Assembly: GCA_020719385.1 (NCBI GenBank) | Contig: DYQK01000004.1 | Coordinates: 1 to 62,458, forward strand | DNA from: Rikenella microfusus | GTDB lineage: Bacteria; Bacteroidota; Bacteroidia; Bacteroidales; DYQK01 | DNA length: 62,458 nt | Direction: 5' to 3' | Shown: piece after piece, positions 37,679-47,216 of the stretch | Numbering within the stretch: the stretch's first letter is position 1 | Layout: every line of letters starts with the position of its first letter | Made by a program: the position numbers and the translations under genes | The notes under the pieces: generated by a model | Told to the model about the DNA's origin: nothing | Seen by the model: the letters and a program-made list of their open reading frames with translations, nothing else | The model's database searches: none

Positions 37679-40531
37679 ATGAACAAATTAATTCCTCTTT
37701 GTATAATCTTGATTTTCAACAACTTCTGTTTTTCGCAAATTTCAGAAAACGGAATTCCTCGCCGTTTTCAAAACTTGACGGCAAAAAAAATTTCTTTCAT
37801 AGAAATGCCAAAATTCGACAAAAATAAACTTCTTAGCGAAAAACTAAATTTGCACAAAACTTTGCTTTTTGGAAAAATTTTTGATACAGCAATAAATATT
37901 TGTAAATCAAATTATTGCGAAGTTTTACCAAATGGAAAATTGTTTTTGCTCGGCATAACTTCGAAAAATGCGTTGTCTATTCAGTTGATTTTCAAGCAGT
38001 TTCGAATACCAAAAGGCGCAGAATTGTTTATTTTTAGTTTCAACAAACAACATTTCATCGGCAAATTTACTGAAAAAAACAATACTCCTTCAACAACATT
38101 TCCCCTCGCGCCTGTCTCCTCAGACAGTATTGTTATTGAATATTTCGAACCCGAAAATGCCGAATTCACAGCCTTTCTCGAAATTGGACAAATTGTTCAC
38201 GATTTTGTCGGAATAAAAAATTTGTTAAACTCAGGTTCTTGCAACAGAAATGTGAATTGTCCCGAAGGGCAAAATTGGCAAAACGAAAAAAGGGCTACCT
38301 GCAAGTTGACTTACAGCCGCAATGGAAGTCGATATCTCGGAACGGGTTGCCTCATCAATAACACTAATTTTGATGGAATTCCTTACGTACTCACGGCTAA
38401 TCATTGCATTTCAACGCAAGAAGAAGCCGAATCGGCATTGTTTTTTTTCAATTATGAATCAACAACTTGCGATGGCTCGTATGGAAATGAAAATCAAACT
38501 ATTTCGGGAAGTACTCTCGTTGCAACTGCTCCAAATCACGAACTTGACTTTGCCTTGTTGCGGTTAAATCAAGCAATTCCAAGAAGTTACAACGTTTTTT
38601 TCGCAGGATGGAATCGGTCAATAAACATTTCGGGCAAAACCGTTTGCCTGCATCACCCTTCGGGAGACATCAAAAAAATCTCTGTTGACAACGAAGCACC
38701 GCAAACGGGAAATTTTGGGGAAGGTTATAATTCCAATTCGCATTGGAAAATTGCTCGTTGGGACATTGGAACAACTGAACCAGGTTCGTCAGGGGCACCG
38801 TTGTTCAATGTTGAACATCAAATTATCGGAAATCTCACGGGAGGAGAGGCAAGTTGTGCGAATTCTGTGAACGATTATTTCGCAAAAATTGACCGTTCTT
38901 GGAATGAATATAACCTTGAAAATCAACAACTTAAACGTTTGTTAGACCCGTTAAATGTTGGTTGTCTCTCGCTTGAAGGTTTTGACCCAGAAATTGGTTT
39001 TCTGACTCTTGATGCAGAATTATTACAAGTTTTAAACCCTAAAAAAGAAAATTGTAACACAACGAAAATTCAACCAACAATTTTGATTCAAAACAAAGGA
39101 AAAGATACTTTAACTTCGTTACAAATTTCGTATTCCATTGATAATCAACAAATTAAATCGATGATTTGGCAAGGAAATCTTTCTTATATGAAAATTGATA
39201 CGGTCGTTTTTTCGAATATTGACTCGAATCTTGTGAATTTTCACACTTTTAAAATTTGGATTTCGAAACCCAATAACAAAACAGACGAAAATCACAAAAA
39301 CGATACAATTTTAACAAATTTTAACAATAAATCGGGCAAAGAAGTTGCGTTAAATTTGCAAACCGATAATTATGCGAATGAATTTTCGTGGAAAATTTTG
39401 TCGGACTCAAATGTTTTGTATAAAAATCCGCAATACTTTAATAATCAACAATATAGCGATACTTTTTGTCTTGCGAATGGTTGTTATACGTTTTTTGCAA
39501 CCGATTCGGGGCAAGATGGAATTTGTTGCAATTATGGAAATGGAAATTTAGAGTTAAAAAATGTTAAAACACAGGAAATTTTTATTTCTCAAGGGAAATT
39601 TGGAAAATTTTTGAGTAGAAATTTTTGTATTTATGACTCAATTTTTCAAAATGACGCAGAGATTCTCGAAATTTTGTCTCCAAAAACGCAAAATTATTGC
39701 AATTCTCAAAAAATTAAACCTAAAATTTTGATTCGAAACAATGGGAAAAATTTGTTAAAATCTTTACTAATTACTTGTAAATACGGCACTTCCGACACAA
39801 TAACAAAAAAATGGACAGGAAGGTTAAAATATACCGAATCTGAAACCGTAGAATTTGATTCGATATTTTTTGATAAAACGCAATATTTTTTCGAAGTTTC
39901 GATTTCAAAATTTAACGACTCAATTCCCGAAAATTTCACTGAAAATAATGTTAAAAAACTTAATTTTAACATTTTAACCGAGAAAACGCCGTTTACGCTT
40001 GAGATAAAAACCGATAAATTTGGTTCAGAAACAAAATGGCAAGTGCTTGAAAATGAAAATGTTATATACGAAGGTGGACCGTATAAAAATAATTTTCAGC
40101 ATACAATTATTGAGAATTTCTGTCTCTCGGCGGGTTGTTATACTTTTGAATTTTTCGATGAACGCGGCGATGGAATATGTTGCAATTATGGAGTCGGTTT
40201 TGTGCATCTTTTCAACGAGGTAACAAAAGATTTTCGAGTCAAAGATAGTATTTTTACAAATTTTGTGACTCGACCATTTTGTACATATAAACTTGATATT
40301 CAAGACGTTACAAATTTAAAAGAAATAAAAATTTTTCCGAATCCTGTTTCTGAAATTTTATTTTTCGAAAAAAGTATTGAAAATATAGAAATTTTTAATA
40401 CTTTTGGAAATTTAATTCTAACCCGAAAAAATGTTTCTCAAATTAATTTTTCCCAATTTCCGTCAGGAATTTATGTGGTAAAAATTTTTCACAAACGAAG
40501 TTTAGAGATTCGCAAAATTATAAAGTTATGA
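37679..40531 (+). CDS. T9SS-secreted trypsin-like serine protease (lysyl-endopeptidase-like) with duplicated C-terminal modules
   Basis: TANHC, DFALL, HHP.GD.K, EPGSSG; two D..GDGICCNYG.G modules; IFPNP..G.Y CTD. Confidence 0.85.
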   Translation: MNKLIPLCIILIFNNFCFSQISENGIPRRFQNLTAKKISFIEMPKFDKNKLLSEKLNLHKTLLFGKIFDTAINICKSNYCEVLPNGKLFLLGITSKNALSIQLIFKQFRIPKGAELFIFSFNKQHFIGKFTEKNNTPSTTFPLAPVSSDSIVIEYFEPENAEFTAFLEIGQIVHDFVGIKNLLNSGSCNRNVNCPEGQNWQNEKRATCKLTYSRNGSRYLGTGCLINNTNFDGIPYVLTANHCISTQEEAESALFFFNYESTTCDGSYGNENQTISGSTLVATAPNHELDFALLRLNQAIPRSYNVFFAGWNRSINISGKTVCLHHPSGDIKKISVDNEAPQTGNFGEGYNSNSHWKIARWDIGTTEPGSSGAPLFNVEHQIIGNLTGGEASCANSVNDYFAKIDRSWNEYNLENQQLKRLLDPLNVGCLSLEGFDPEIGFLTLDAELLQVLNPKKENCNTTKIQPTILIQNKGKDTLTSLQISYSIDNQQIKSMIWQGNLSYMKIDTVVFSNIDSNLVNFHTFKIWISKPNNKTDENHKNDTILTNFNNKSGKEVALNLQTDNYANEFSWKILSDSNVLYKNPQYFNNQQYSDTFCLANGCYTFFATDSGQDGICCNYGNGNLELKNVKTQEIFISQGKFGKFLSRNFCIYDSIFQNDAEILEILSPKTQNYCNSQKIKPKILIRNNGKNLLKSLLITCKYGTSDTITKKWTGRLKYTESETVEFDSIFFDKTQYFFEVSISKFNDSIPENFTENNVKKLNFNILTEKTPFTLEIKTDKFGSETKWQVLENENVIYEGGPYKNNFQHTIIENFCLSAGCYTFEFFDERGDGICCNYGVGFVHLFNEVTKDFRVKDSIFTNFVTRPFCTYKLDIQDVTNLKEIKIFPNPVSEILFFEKSIENIEIFNTFGNLILTRKNVSQINFSQFPSGIYVVKIFHKRSLEIRKIIKL

Positions 40532-41766
40532 TTATCAACGATATAGAAATTACAGCACCTGTCGGAAGTTTTGAGTCTTTGCAAGCCGCCATTCAAGCAA
40601 AGGCGGATTCGGTTTACTTCGGTGTTGAAAAGTTAAATATGCGGGCAAAATCAACCATCAATTTTACGCTTGCAGATTTAAAAAATATCGTTTCGGAGGC
40701 AAGGACCAACAATTTGAAAACGTATTTGACGGTCAATACGGTGATTTACGATGAGGAAATTCCGCTGATGCAGGAAATTATTGAAACGGCAAAAAACGAA
40801 GGTGTAGATGCGATTATTGCGTCAGATTTGGCGGCAATTTTATTTGCGAAGAAAATCGAAATGCCCGTTCATATTTCTACGCAGTTGAACGTCAGCAATA
40901 TCGAAGCGGTGCGGTTTTACGCACAATTTTCGGAAACAATTGTGCTTGCCCGCGAGTTGTCGTTGGAACAAATTGCGTCAATTTGTAAAGTTATTGAGAA
41001 AGAGAGAATTTTGTCTTATTCGGGAAAACCTTTGCGAATCGAAGTTTTTGCACACGGTGCTTTGTGTATGGCAATTTCGGGAAAATGTTATTTGTCGTTG
41101 CATCAGCATTTTTTATCTGCGAATCGCGGTGCGTGTTTGCAGCCTTGTCGAAGGGCGTATTGGGTCAAAGAAGTTGAGACAGGAATGGAGTTTGTTGTTG
41201 ATAATCAATACATTATGTCGCCGAAGGATTTGTGTACAATTTCGTTTTTAGACAAAATTATTGAGTCGGGAGTCAAAGTTTTGAAAATTGAAGGTCGAGC
41301 CAGACCTGCAGAATATGTTAAAACGGTCATTTCTTGTTACAGAGAAGCGATTTTTTCGCATTTTGAGGGCAGTTTTTCTCGCGAAAAAGTTGAAAAATGG
41401 ACAGAGAAATTGTCGTCAGTGTTTAACAGAGGTTTTTGGGGCGGCTATTATTTGGGCAATTCTCTTGGTGAATGGAGTAATTCTCACGGTTCGAAGGCAA
41501 CGCATCGAAAAGTTTACATCGGCAAAGTTACAAATTATTTCTCGAAATTGCATGTTGCTGAAGTTTTGTTAGAGGCAGGTGATTTGCAGTTGAGTGACAA
41601 AATTTTAATTACAGGTCCAACAACAGGCGTAGAGGAGGTTTTTGTGTCAGAGATTCGTTTTGATTTGGAAAAAGTAGAATCTGCCACTCGCGGACAAACT
41701 ATTTCGATTCCTGTAGAGATTTTGGTTCGCCGAAATGACAAGATTTTTCGTTGGGAAAGGGTTTAA
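40528..41766 (+). CDS. U32 family peptidase (TrhP/PrtC-like)
   Basis: AP.GS, ADSVYFG, HISTQ, LARE, HGALC..SG.C, G.C.Q.CR, KIEGR. Confidence 0.92.
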   Translation: MIINDIEITAPVGSFESLQAAIQAKADSVYFGVEKLNMRAKSTINFTLADLKNIVSEARTNNLKTYLTVNTVIYDEEIPLMQEIIETAKNEGVDAIIASDLAAILFAKKIEMPVHISTQLNVSNIEAVRFYAQFSETIVLARELSLEQIASICKVIEKERILSYSGKPLRIEVFAHGALCMAISGKCYLSLHQHFLSANRGACLQPCRRAYWVKEVETGMEFVVDNQYIMSPKDLCTISFLDKIIESGVKVLKIEGRARPAEYVKTVISCYREAIFSHFEGSFSREKVEKWTEKLSSVFNRGFWGGYYLGNSLGEWSNSHGSKATHRKVYIGKVTNYFSKLHVAEVLLEAGDLQLSDKILITGPTTGVEEVFVSEIRFDLEKVESATRGQTISIPVEILVRRNDKIFRWERV

Positions 41767-41808
41767 AAAATAAATAAATTCTGTCAAATTTTTAGAAATT
41801 TGAAAAAA

Positions 41809-42534
41809 ATGAATATACGAACAATTGTTTTCGCAACATTTTTCTTTTCAACAATGATAATAGCCATAATTTCGGTTATTCCATTTTTGATTTTTTACAT
41901 TTTTCGTGCAAAAAAATGCACTAATTTTTTATTAATTTTGATTTTACAAGGTTGGTCGAAATCTCTGCTTTGGGTCGCAGGAATGAAACGCAATGTTTTT
42001 GGAAAAGAAAATTTACCCAAAGAGAACAGCGTTTGTTTTGTGAGTAATCATCAAAGTATTTTTGACATTTTATTGATTTTAGCAAATGTGCCGAAGGTTA
42101 TTGGTTTTATTGCAAAAAAAGAATTGCTAAAAATGCCTTTTCTGAATTTTTGGATGATAATGATTGGCTGTGCGTTTATTGACCGCAAAAGCAGAACGCA
42201 ATCCATGGCGTTGATAAAAGACCGTTTACATCAAATTCACAATGGAAAACCAATGTTGATATTTCCCGAAGGAACGCGAAGCCGCTGCGCTGAGATGAAC
42301 AAATTTAAAACAAGCGGCTTGCAACTTGTTATAAATGAAGGAATTACAATAGTTCCGCTAACGGTTGTTGATACATATAAATGTTATGAACACAATGGAA
42401 ATCGTGTTGTTGGAAATAAAATAGAGTTATGGATTCATAAACCTGTTGATGTTTCGCAACTTTCCGATGAGGAGAAAAAGAATTTAATTGATACTTTACA
42501 AAATATTATCGCAAAACCCAATGAGAATCGGTAA
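41809..42534 (+). CDS. plsC: 1-acyl-sn-glycerol-3-phosphate acyltransferase family
   Basis: NHQSIFD, FIAKKEL, FIDR, FPEGTRS. Confidence 0.88.
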   Translation: MNIRTIVFATFFFSTMIIAIISVIPFLIFYIFRAKKCTNFLLILILQGWSKSLLWVAGMKRNVFGKENLPKENSVCFVSNHQSIFDILLILANVPKVIGFIAKKELLKMPFLNFWMIMIGCAFIDRKSRTQSMALIKDRLHQIHNGKPMLIFPEGTRSRCAEMNKFKTSGLQLVINEGITIVPLTVVDTYKCYEHNGNRVVGNKIELWIHKPVDVSQLSDEEKKNLIDTLQNIIAKPNENR

Positions 42535-42544
42535 AAATTTGCCC

Positions 42545-42578
42545 AACGATGTTATCGCTAATAAACGGTAACATCGTT
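42545..42578. terminator. Hairpin between convergent genes
   Basis: AACGATGTTATCG...CGGTAACATCGTT. Confidence 0.75.
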
Positions 42579-42602
42579 AAGATTTGGGATTAAATGAGAA
42601 AT

Positions 42603-45155
42603 TTATTTTCCGCAAATTGTTTTTAATTGTTGTTCTGCGGCTTTGATTCCTAATTGAAGTGCTTTTTCGAAATCGTTGCAAGCATCATTTTTTCGATTTA
42701 GTCGTACTAAAAGAATTGCACGGTTATAATATGCGTCTCCGAAGGTCGGACTGTATTTTATTGTTGCGTCAAAGTCGGACAAAGCACCTTGAAAATCATT
42801 GACTTTCTGTCTCATTAAACCGCGATTATAATATGCTGTTGCAGAATTTGGGTCAAGTCGAATTGCTTGTTCGTAATCTGATATTGCCCCTTTTACATCA
42901 TTTCCAATTGCTTTTGCGAAACCTCGATTCGAGTAAGCCGCTGCATTTTTAGAATCTATCTCAAGAACTTTGTTAAAATCTTGCATTGCGAAGTTCAATT
43001 TTCCAAGACGTCCATACAAAACGCCGCGAGCGAGCAAACTTTCGATATTTTTAGGTTCAAATTTTAAAATTTGGTTATAAGAATTTAACGCATTTTGCCA
43101 TTGATTTGCCCTTTCGTAAGCGATGGCGTTTTGCAAAAGTGAAGTTAAATATTGCGGATTTAATTTTAAAAATATCGCAAAATCTTCTTCTGCTTCTTTT
43201 TGTTTTCCCATCAATTCTTTTAGTAAACCACGATTCAAATAGACAAAAGTATTTTTTTTGTCAAGCGAAAGGGCTGTCTCGTAATCTTTCATTGCCCCTT
43301 CGAAATCATTGAGATTCATTTTCGCAAAACCACGACTTGAGAAGGCATAAGAATTATTAGGTGCTAATCTCAAAAGTCTGTTATAATCCTCGACAGCACC
43401 TTTGTAATCAGCAACCATCGGATTGGAACGGGCATTTGCTCGGTTATAAATTGCATCAATATAGAGAGAATCGTCATTTATTGCGCGCGTATAATCTTTT
43501 ATTGCTCCGTTGATGTCACCTAACATCATTTTTGCGTTTCCGCGATTTGAGTAAATATTAGAATAATTTGAGTCAATTTTAACAACTTTGTTAAAATCTT
43601 GCAACGCACCTTCGGCATCGCCTTTTTTTGCTTTTGTTATTCCGCGATTCGAAATTGCACCAATATGATTCGGATTCAAAAGAATTGCTTCGGAGTAATC
43701 TTTTATTGCCTCGTCAAATTTTTCCAATTCCTGAAAATAATTTCCCTTGTTGTAATACGCAACAATCACTTTCGGGTATTTCTCGTTCACATCTGACCAT
43801 AAAGTTGCGGAATTTTGCCACACATCAACTCTATCTCTTGTCAAAAATATCAACATTAAAACGTAAATTCCTAAACCAACATTGAGATAAGGTTTTGTAA
43901 GTGGTTTAAAATCAACAAGTTTCGCATACCCAAAACTCATTAAAAAGAAAAAACCTATCGAAGCGATATAACTATATCGGTCGGTCATTATAAAACTTTG
44001 ATACGAGAAAAGTTGCAAAACGAAAATTAAATTGAACGAAAAAAACGCAATAGAGAAAGTTAAATGTTTCCAACGTTTAAAACCGTAGAAAAATAAGGCA
44101 ACAACAATTAAAACCGCAATGGGATAAAACCAAAATTCAAGCGGAATTTCGCCGTTAAATTTTTCGGGATACGGATAAATCGCCGATAAATGAAACGGAT
44201 AAATTAATTTTAAAATGTACATCAGAAAACCATAAGACGCATACAACGCATTCTCGTACAAAGGACGCCCAACTTTCTCAACATTTTCTGAAGGATCTTT
44301 TTTATCAGCGAAAGGTTCGTCAGTGCCGACAGCGAGAATGGCTAATATTCCAAAAAATATCGAAAGTAAAAAATACGGAAGTTTCTCTAAAAGAACTTTT
44401 TTGCTCCATAAATCTCGTTCCAAAAAATAATCTATTGCCAAAACCGAAAGCGAAAGCGAAACCGCCATTCCCTTAGAAAGTGCCGAACACGCAAAGAGAA
44501 ATAACGAAAGAATCAAAAATTTTGAACTCGATTTTTGTAAAAATTTCAGATACAAAATTAACGAAGAGAGAAAGAAAAACGAGTACAAAACATCTTTTCG
44601 TTCCGACATCCACGCAACCGATTCGACATGAAACGTATGAATCCCAAAGAGAAGTGCGACAATAGTTGCCATTTCTTTGTAATATTTTCCCTTTGCCTGT
44701 TTTACCAAAGAAAAAATAAAGAAAAAAACGAGTAAAGTGTTTATTAAGTGAAGCGAAAAACTATCAAAATGATAGAGGTAAGGTTTATATTCCACCAAAT
44801 GATATTCTATTGCATAAGTAGACATCGTTATCGGAATGTACATCAGGAAGTAAAAATTGCCCCAAAAAAACGCAAGCGATTCGGCAAGCGGCTTACGTAA
44901 ATGCACATTTCCTGTGATATATCGGTCATCGTCCCAATTTACAAATTCGTTGTTGAAAATCGGAGTGTACGCAATAAACGTTAAAAGTGCAACGAAAAAA
45001 GCAAGATAAAATGTGGAATATTTTTTTAAATGATTCAAAATTGGTTGAAAATCAAAATTTTCCTCCTCATTTTGCGAAACATTTTCAATTTTCTCAACAT
45101 TTTTAGTTTCAGGATTAGAATTTTCTTTTGGAAACTTATATTTTTTTTTACTCAT
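42603..45155 (-). CDS. TMTC-like GT-C membrane glycosyltransferase with C-terminal TPR array
   Basis: F..WDD after the first TM, H..HVESVAW..ERKD, SK, DRY.Y, W.....LW, then about 11 TPRs. Confidence 0.8.
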   Translation of the reverse strand: MSKKKYKFPKENSNPETKNVEKIENVSQNEEENFDFQPILNHLKKYSTFYLAFFVALLTFIAYTPIFNNEFVNWDDDRYITGNVHLRKPLAESLAFFWGNFYFLMYIPITMSTYAIEYHLVEYKPYLYHFDSFSLHLINTLLVFFFIFSLVKQAKGKYYKEMATIVALLFGIHTFHVESVAWMSERKDVLYSFFFLSSLILYLKFLQKSSSKFLILSLFLFACSALSKGMAVSLSLSVLAIDYFLERDLWSKKVLLEKLPYFLLSIFFGILAILAVGTDEPFADKKDPSENVEKVGRPLYENALYASYGFLMYILKLIYPFHLSAIYPYPEKFNGEIPLEFWFYPIAVLIVVALFFYGFKRWKHLTFSIAFFSFNLIFVLQLFSYQSFIMTDRYSYIASIGFFFLMSFGYAKLVDFKPLTKPYLNVGLGIYVLMLIFLTRDRVDVWQNSATLWSDVNEKYPKVIVAYYNKGNYFQELEKFDEAIKDYSEAILLNPNHIGAISNRGITKAKKGDAEGALQDFNKVVKIDSNYSNIYSNRGNAKMMLGDINGAIKDYTRAINDDSLYIDAIYNRANARSNPMVADYKGAVEDYNRLLRLAPNNSYAFSSRGFAKMNLNDFEGAMKDYETALSLDKKNTFVYLNRGLLKELMGKQKEAEEDFAIFLKLNPQYLTSLLQNAIAYERANQWQNALNSYNQILKFEPKNIESLLARGVLYGRLGKLNFAMQDFNKVLEIDSKNAAAYSNRGFAKAIGNDVKGAISDYEQAIRLDPNSATAYYNRGLMRQKVNDFQGALSDFDATIKYSPTFGDAYYNRAILLVRLNRKNDACNDFEKALQLGIKAAEQQLKTICGK

Positions 45156-45277
45156 AACTAAATTTTTTTTCAAAAACTTCGCAAAATTAAATTTTATTTT
45201 TCAAAAAACAAATTTTAGCTTCTTTTTCGAAAATTTTTTATATTTTTGCCGCACTTAATCTCTTATTTTAGAAAAAA

Positions 45278-47164
45278 ATGGAACAAAATAAAATTTTGTC
45301 TTTCATAAAAGATGTTGAATTGTTCAAAGATTTAACGGAAGAAGAATTGTTGCTGTTGGTAGACAAATTTTTTGAGAAAGATTATCGCATCAACGAATAT
45401 ATTTTTCAAGAAAATTCTCCTCGCAAAAATCTTTACGTTATTTATGAAGGTGAAGCAGAGTTGGTTAAAATGCTTTCTTTTGGCGAGGAAAAACGAATTT
45501 CGTATTTTCGAGCGAAAGATTTTCTCAGCGAAAGTGCGTTAATAAACGATGAACCTTATTCTACTTCGGCAAGAACCGTTACGCGTGCTACGTTGTTGGT
45601 TATCAAAAACGAGGATATTGTTAAAATTTTCAAGGAAAACGGGAATATTGCGTTGAAAATGATGGCACAAGTGGCACAAGTTATCTCGCGGCGAATTTCT
45701 CACGCAAATACGCGTTTGGTCAATGTTGGAAGTCAATATACTTCGGCAAGAACACGACAAGAACACGATTTATTGGGCAATCGCGAAGTTCCTGACGAAT
45801 ATCTCTTCGGCATTCAGACTCTTCGGGCAATGGAAAATTTTAACATCAGCGGCGTAACTCTCAATTTTTATCCGTTGTTAGTCGAAGCGTTGGCGATAGT
45901 AAAAATGGCAGCGGCAAAAGCAAATTACGATTTGGGTTTATTAGACCGAGATATTGCAGATAACATTGTCAAGGCGTGTCAAATTATTATCGATGGAAAT
46001 TATCATAAGCAGTTTGTCGTTGATATGATTCAAGGCGGAGCAGGCACTTCGACAAATATGAACGCAAATGAAGTTATCGCAAACCTTGCTTTAACGTTGA
46101 TGGGACATCAAAAAGGCGAATATGAATTTTGTCATCCGAATAATCACGTAAATTTGTCTCAGTCAACGAATGATGCTTATCCTACGGCAGTGAAAATTGC
46201 GTTGATAAATTCTAACCAACATTTGATTCGCGTTTTAGAAAGTTTAATTATTTCGTTTCGAAACAAAGGAAAAGAATTTTCGCATGTGTTAAAAATGGGG
46301 AGAACGCAACTTCAAGATGCCGTTCCGATGACTTTGGGTCAGGAATTTGAAGCCTACGCTGCCACTTTAGAAGAGGAAATTCAAAGATTAAACGAGAACG
46401 CAAAATTGTTTCTTGAGGTCAATATGGGAGCAACCGCCATCGGCACAGGAATAAATTCCGACCCCGATTACAGCGCGCGAGTAGTCAACAGACTTCGCGA
46501 TATCACTCATTTCGAAATAGTTTTAGCGTCAAACTTGGTCGAAGCAACGCAAGACACAGGTGCGTTTATTATGTATTCGTCTGCACTGAAACGTTTATCT
46601 ATCAAATTATCAAAGATTTGCAACGATTTGCGTTTACTTTCGTCGGGACCGCGAACGGGTTTACACGAGATAAATCTTCCGCCGATGCAACCTGGTTCAT
46701 CAATAATGCCTGGAAAAGTGAATCCAGTTATTCCTGAGGTTGTAAACCAAATTGCGTTTAAAGTTATTGGAAACGACCTAACCGTTTCGCTTGCTTCCGA
46801 AGCAGGACAATTAGAGTTAAATGTGATGGAGCCAGTTATTGTTCAAAGTATATTTGAGTCTATTGAGATGTTGAAAAACGGAATGTTGACTCTGAAATAT
46901 CGTTGCATTGACGGAATAACGGCAAACGAGAAGCGTTGTCTCGATTATGTTTTGAATAGTATTGGTTTAGTGACTGCGTTGAATCCGATTTTGGGTTACG
47001 AAACGTCAACTGCCCTTGCCAAAGAGGCTCAAGAGACAGACCGCGGCATTTATGAACTTGTTTTAGAGAAAAAATTACTCACCAAAGAAGAGTTGGATGA
47101 ATTTTTGTCTCCACAAAATATGTTAAAGCCGCAGCGTTTAAAAATAAATCACAATTCCAAGTAG
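45278..47164 (+). CDS. aspA: Aspartate ammonia-lyase with N-terminal cNMP-binding (CRP-like) domain
   Basis: LF..L..EL..IF.E....LY.I..G cNMP fold; R.EHDLLG, GGAGTSTNMN, QSTND, GRTQLQDA, GSSIMPGKVNP. Confidence 0.92.
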   Translation: MEQNKILSFIKDVELFKDLTEEELLLLVDKFFEKDYRINEYIFQENSPRKNLYVIYEGEAELVKMLSFGEEKRISYFRAKDFLSESALINDEPYSTSARTVTRATLLVIKNEDIVKIFKENGNIALKMMAQVAQVISRRISHANTRLVNVGSQYTSARTRQEHDLLGNREVPDEYLFGIQTLRAMENFNISGVTLNFYPLLVEALAIVKMAAAKANYDLGLLDRDIADNIVKACQIIIDGNYHKQFVVDMIQGGAGTSTNMNANEVIANLALTLMGHQKGEYEFCHPNNHVNLSQSTNDAYPTAVKIALINSNQHLIRVLESLIISFRNKGKEFSHVLKMGRTQLQDAVPMTLGQEFEAYAATLEEEIQRLNENAKLFLEVNMGATAIGTGINSDPDYSARVVNRLRDITHFEIVLASNLVEATQDTGAFIMYSSALKRLSIKLSKICNDLRLLSSGPRTGLHEINLPPMQPGSSIMPGKVNPVIPEVVNQIAFKVIGNDLTVSLASEAGQLELNVMEPVIVQSIFESIEMLKNGMLTLKYRCIDGITANEKRCLDYVLNSIGLVTALNPILGYETSTALAKEAQETDRGIYELVLEKKLLTKEELDEFLSPQNMLKPQRLKINHNSK

Positions 47165-47172
47165 AAATAAAA

Positions 47173-47207
47173 AAACCTGTCAGGTTTTGAGAAGTACTGA
47201 CAGGTTT
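47173..47207. terminator. REP-like hairpin between convergent genes
   Basis: AAACCTGTCAG...CTGACAGGTTT. Confidence 0.8.
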
Positions 47208-47216
47208 GTTTTTATT

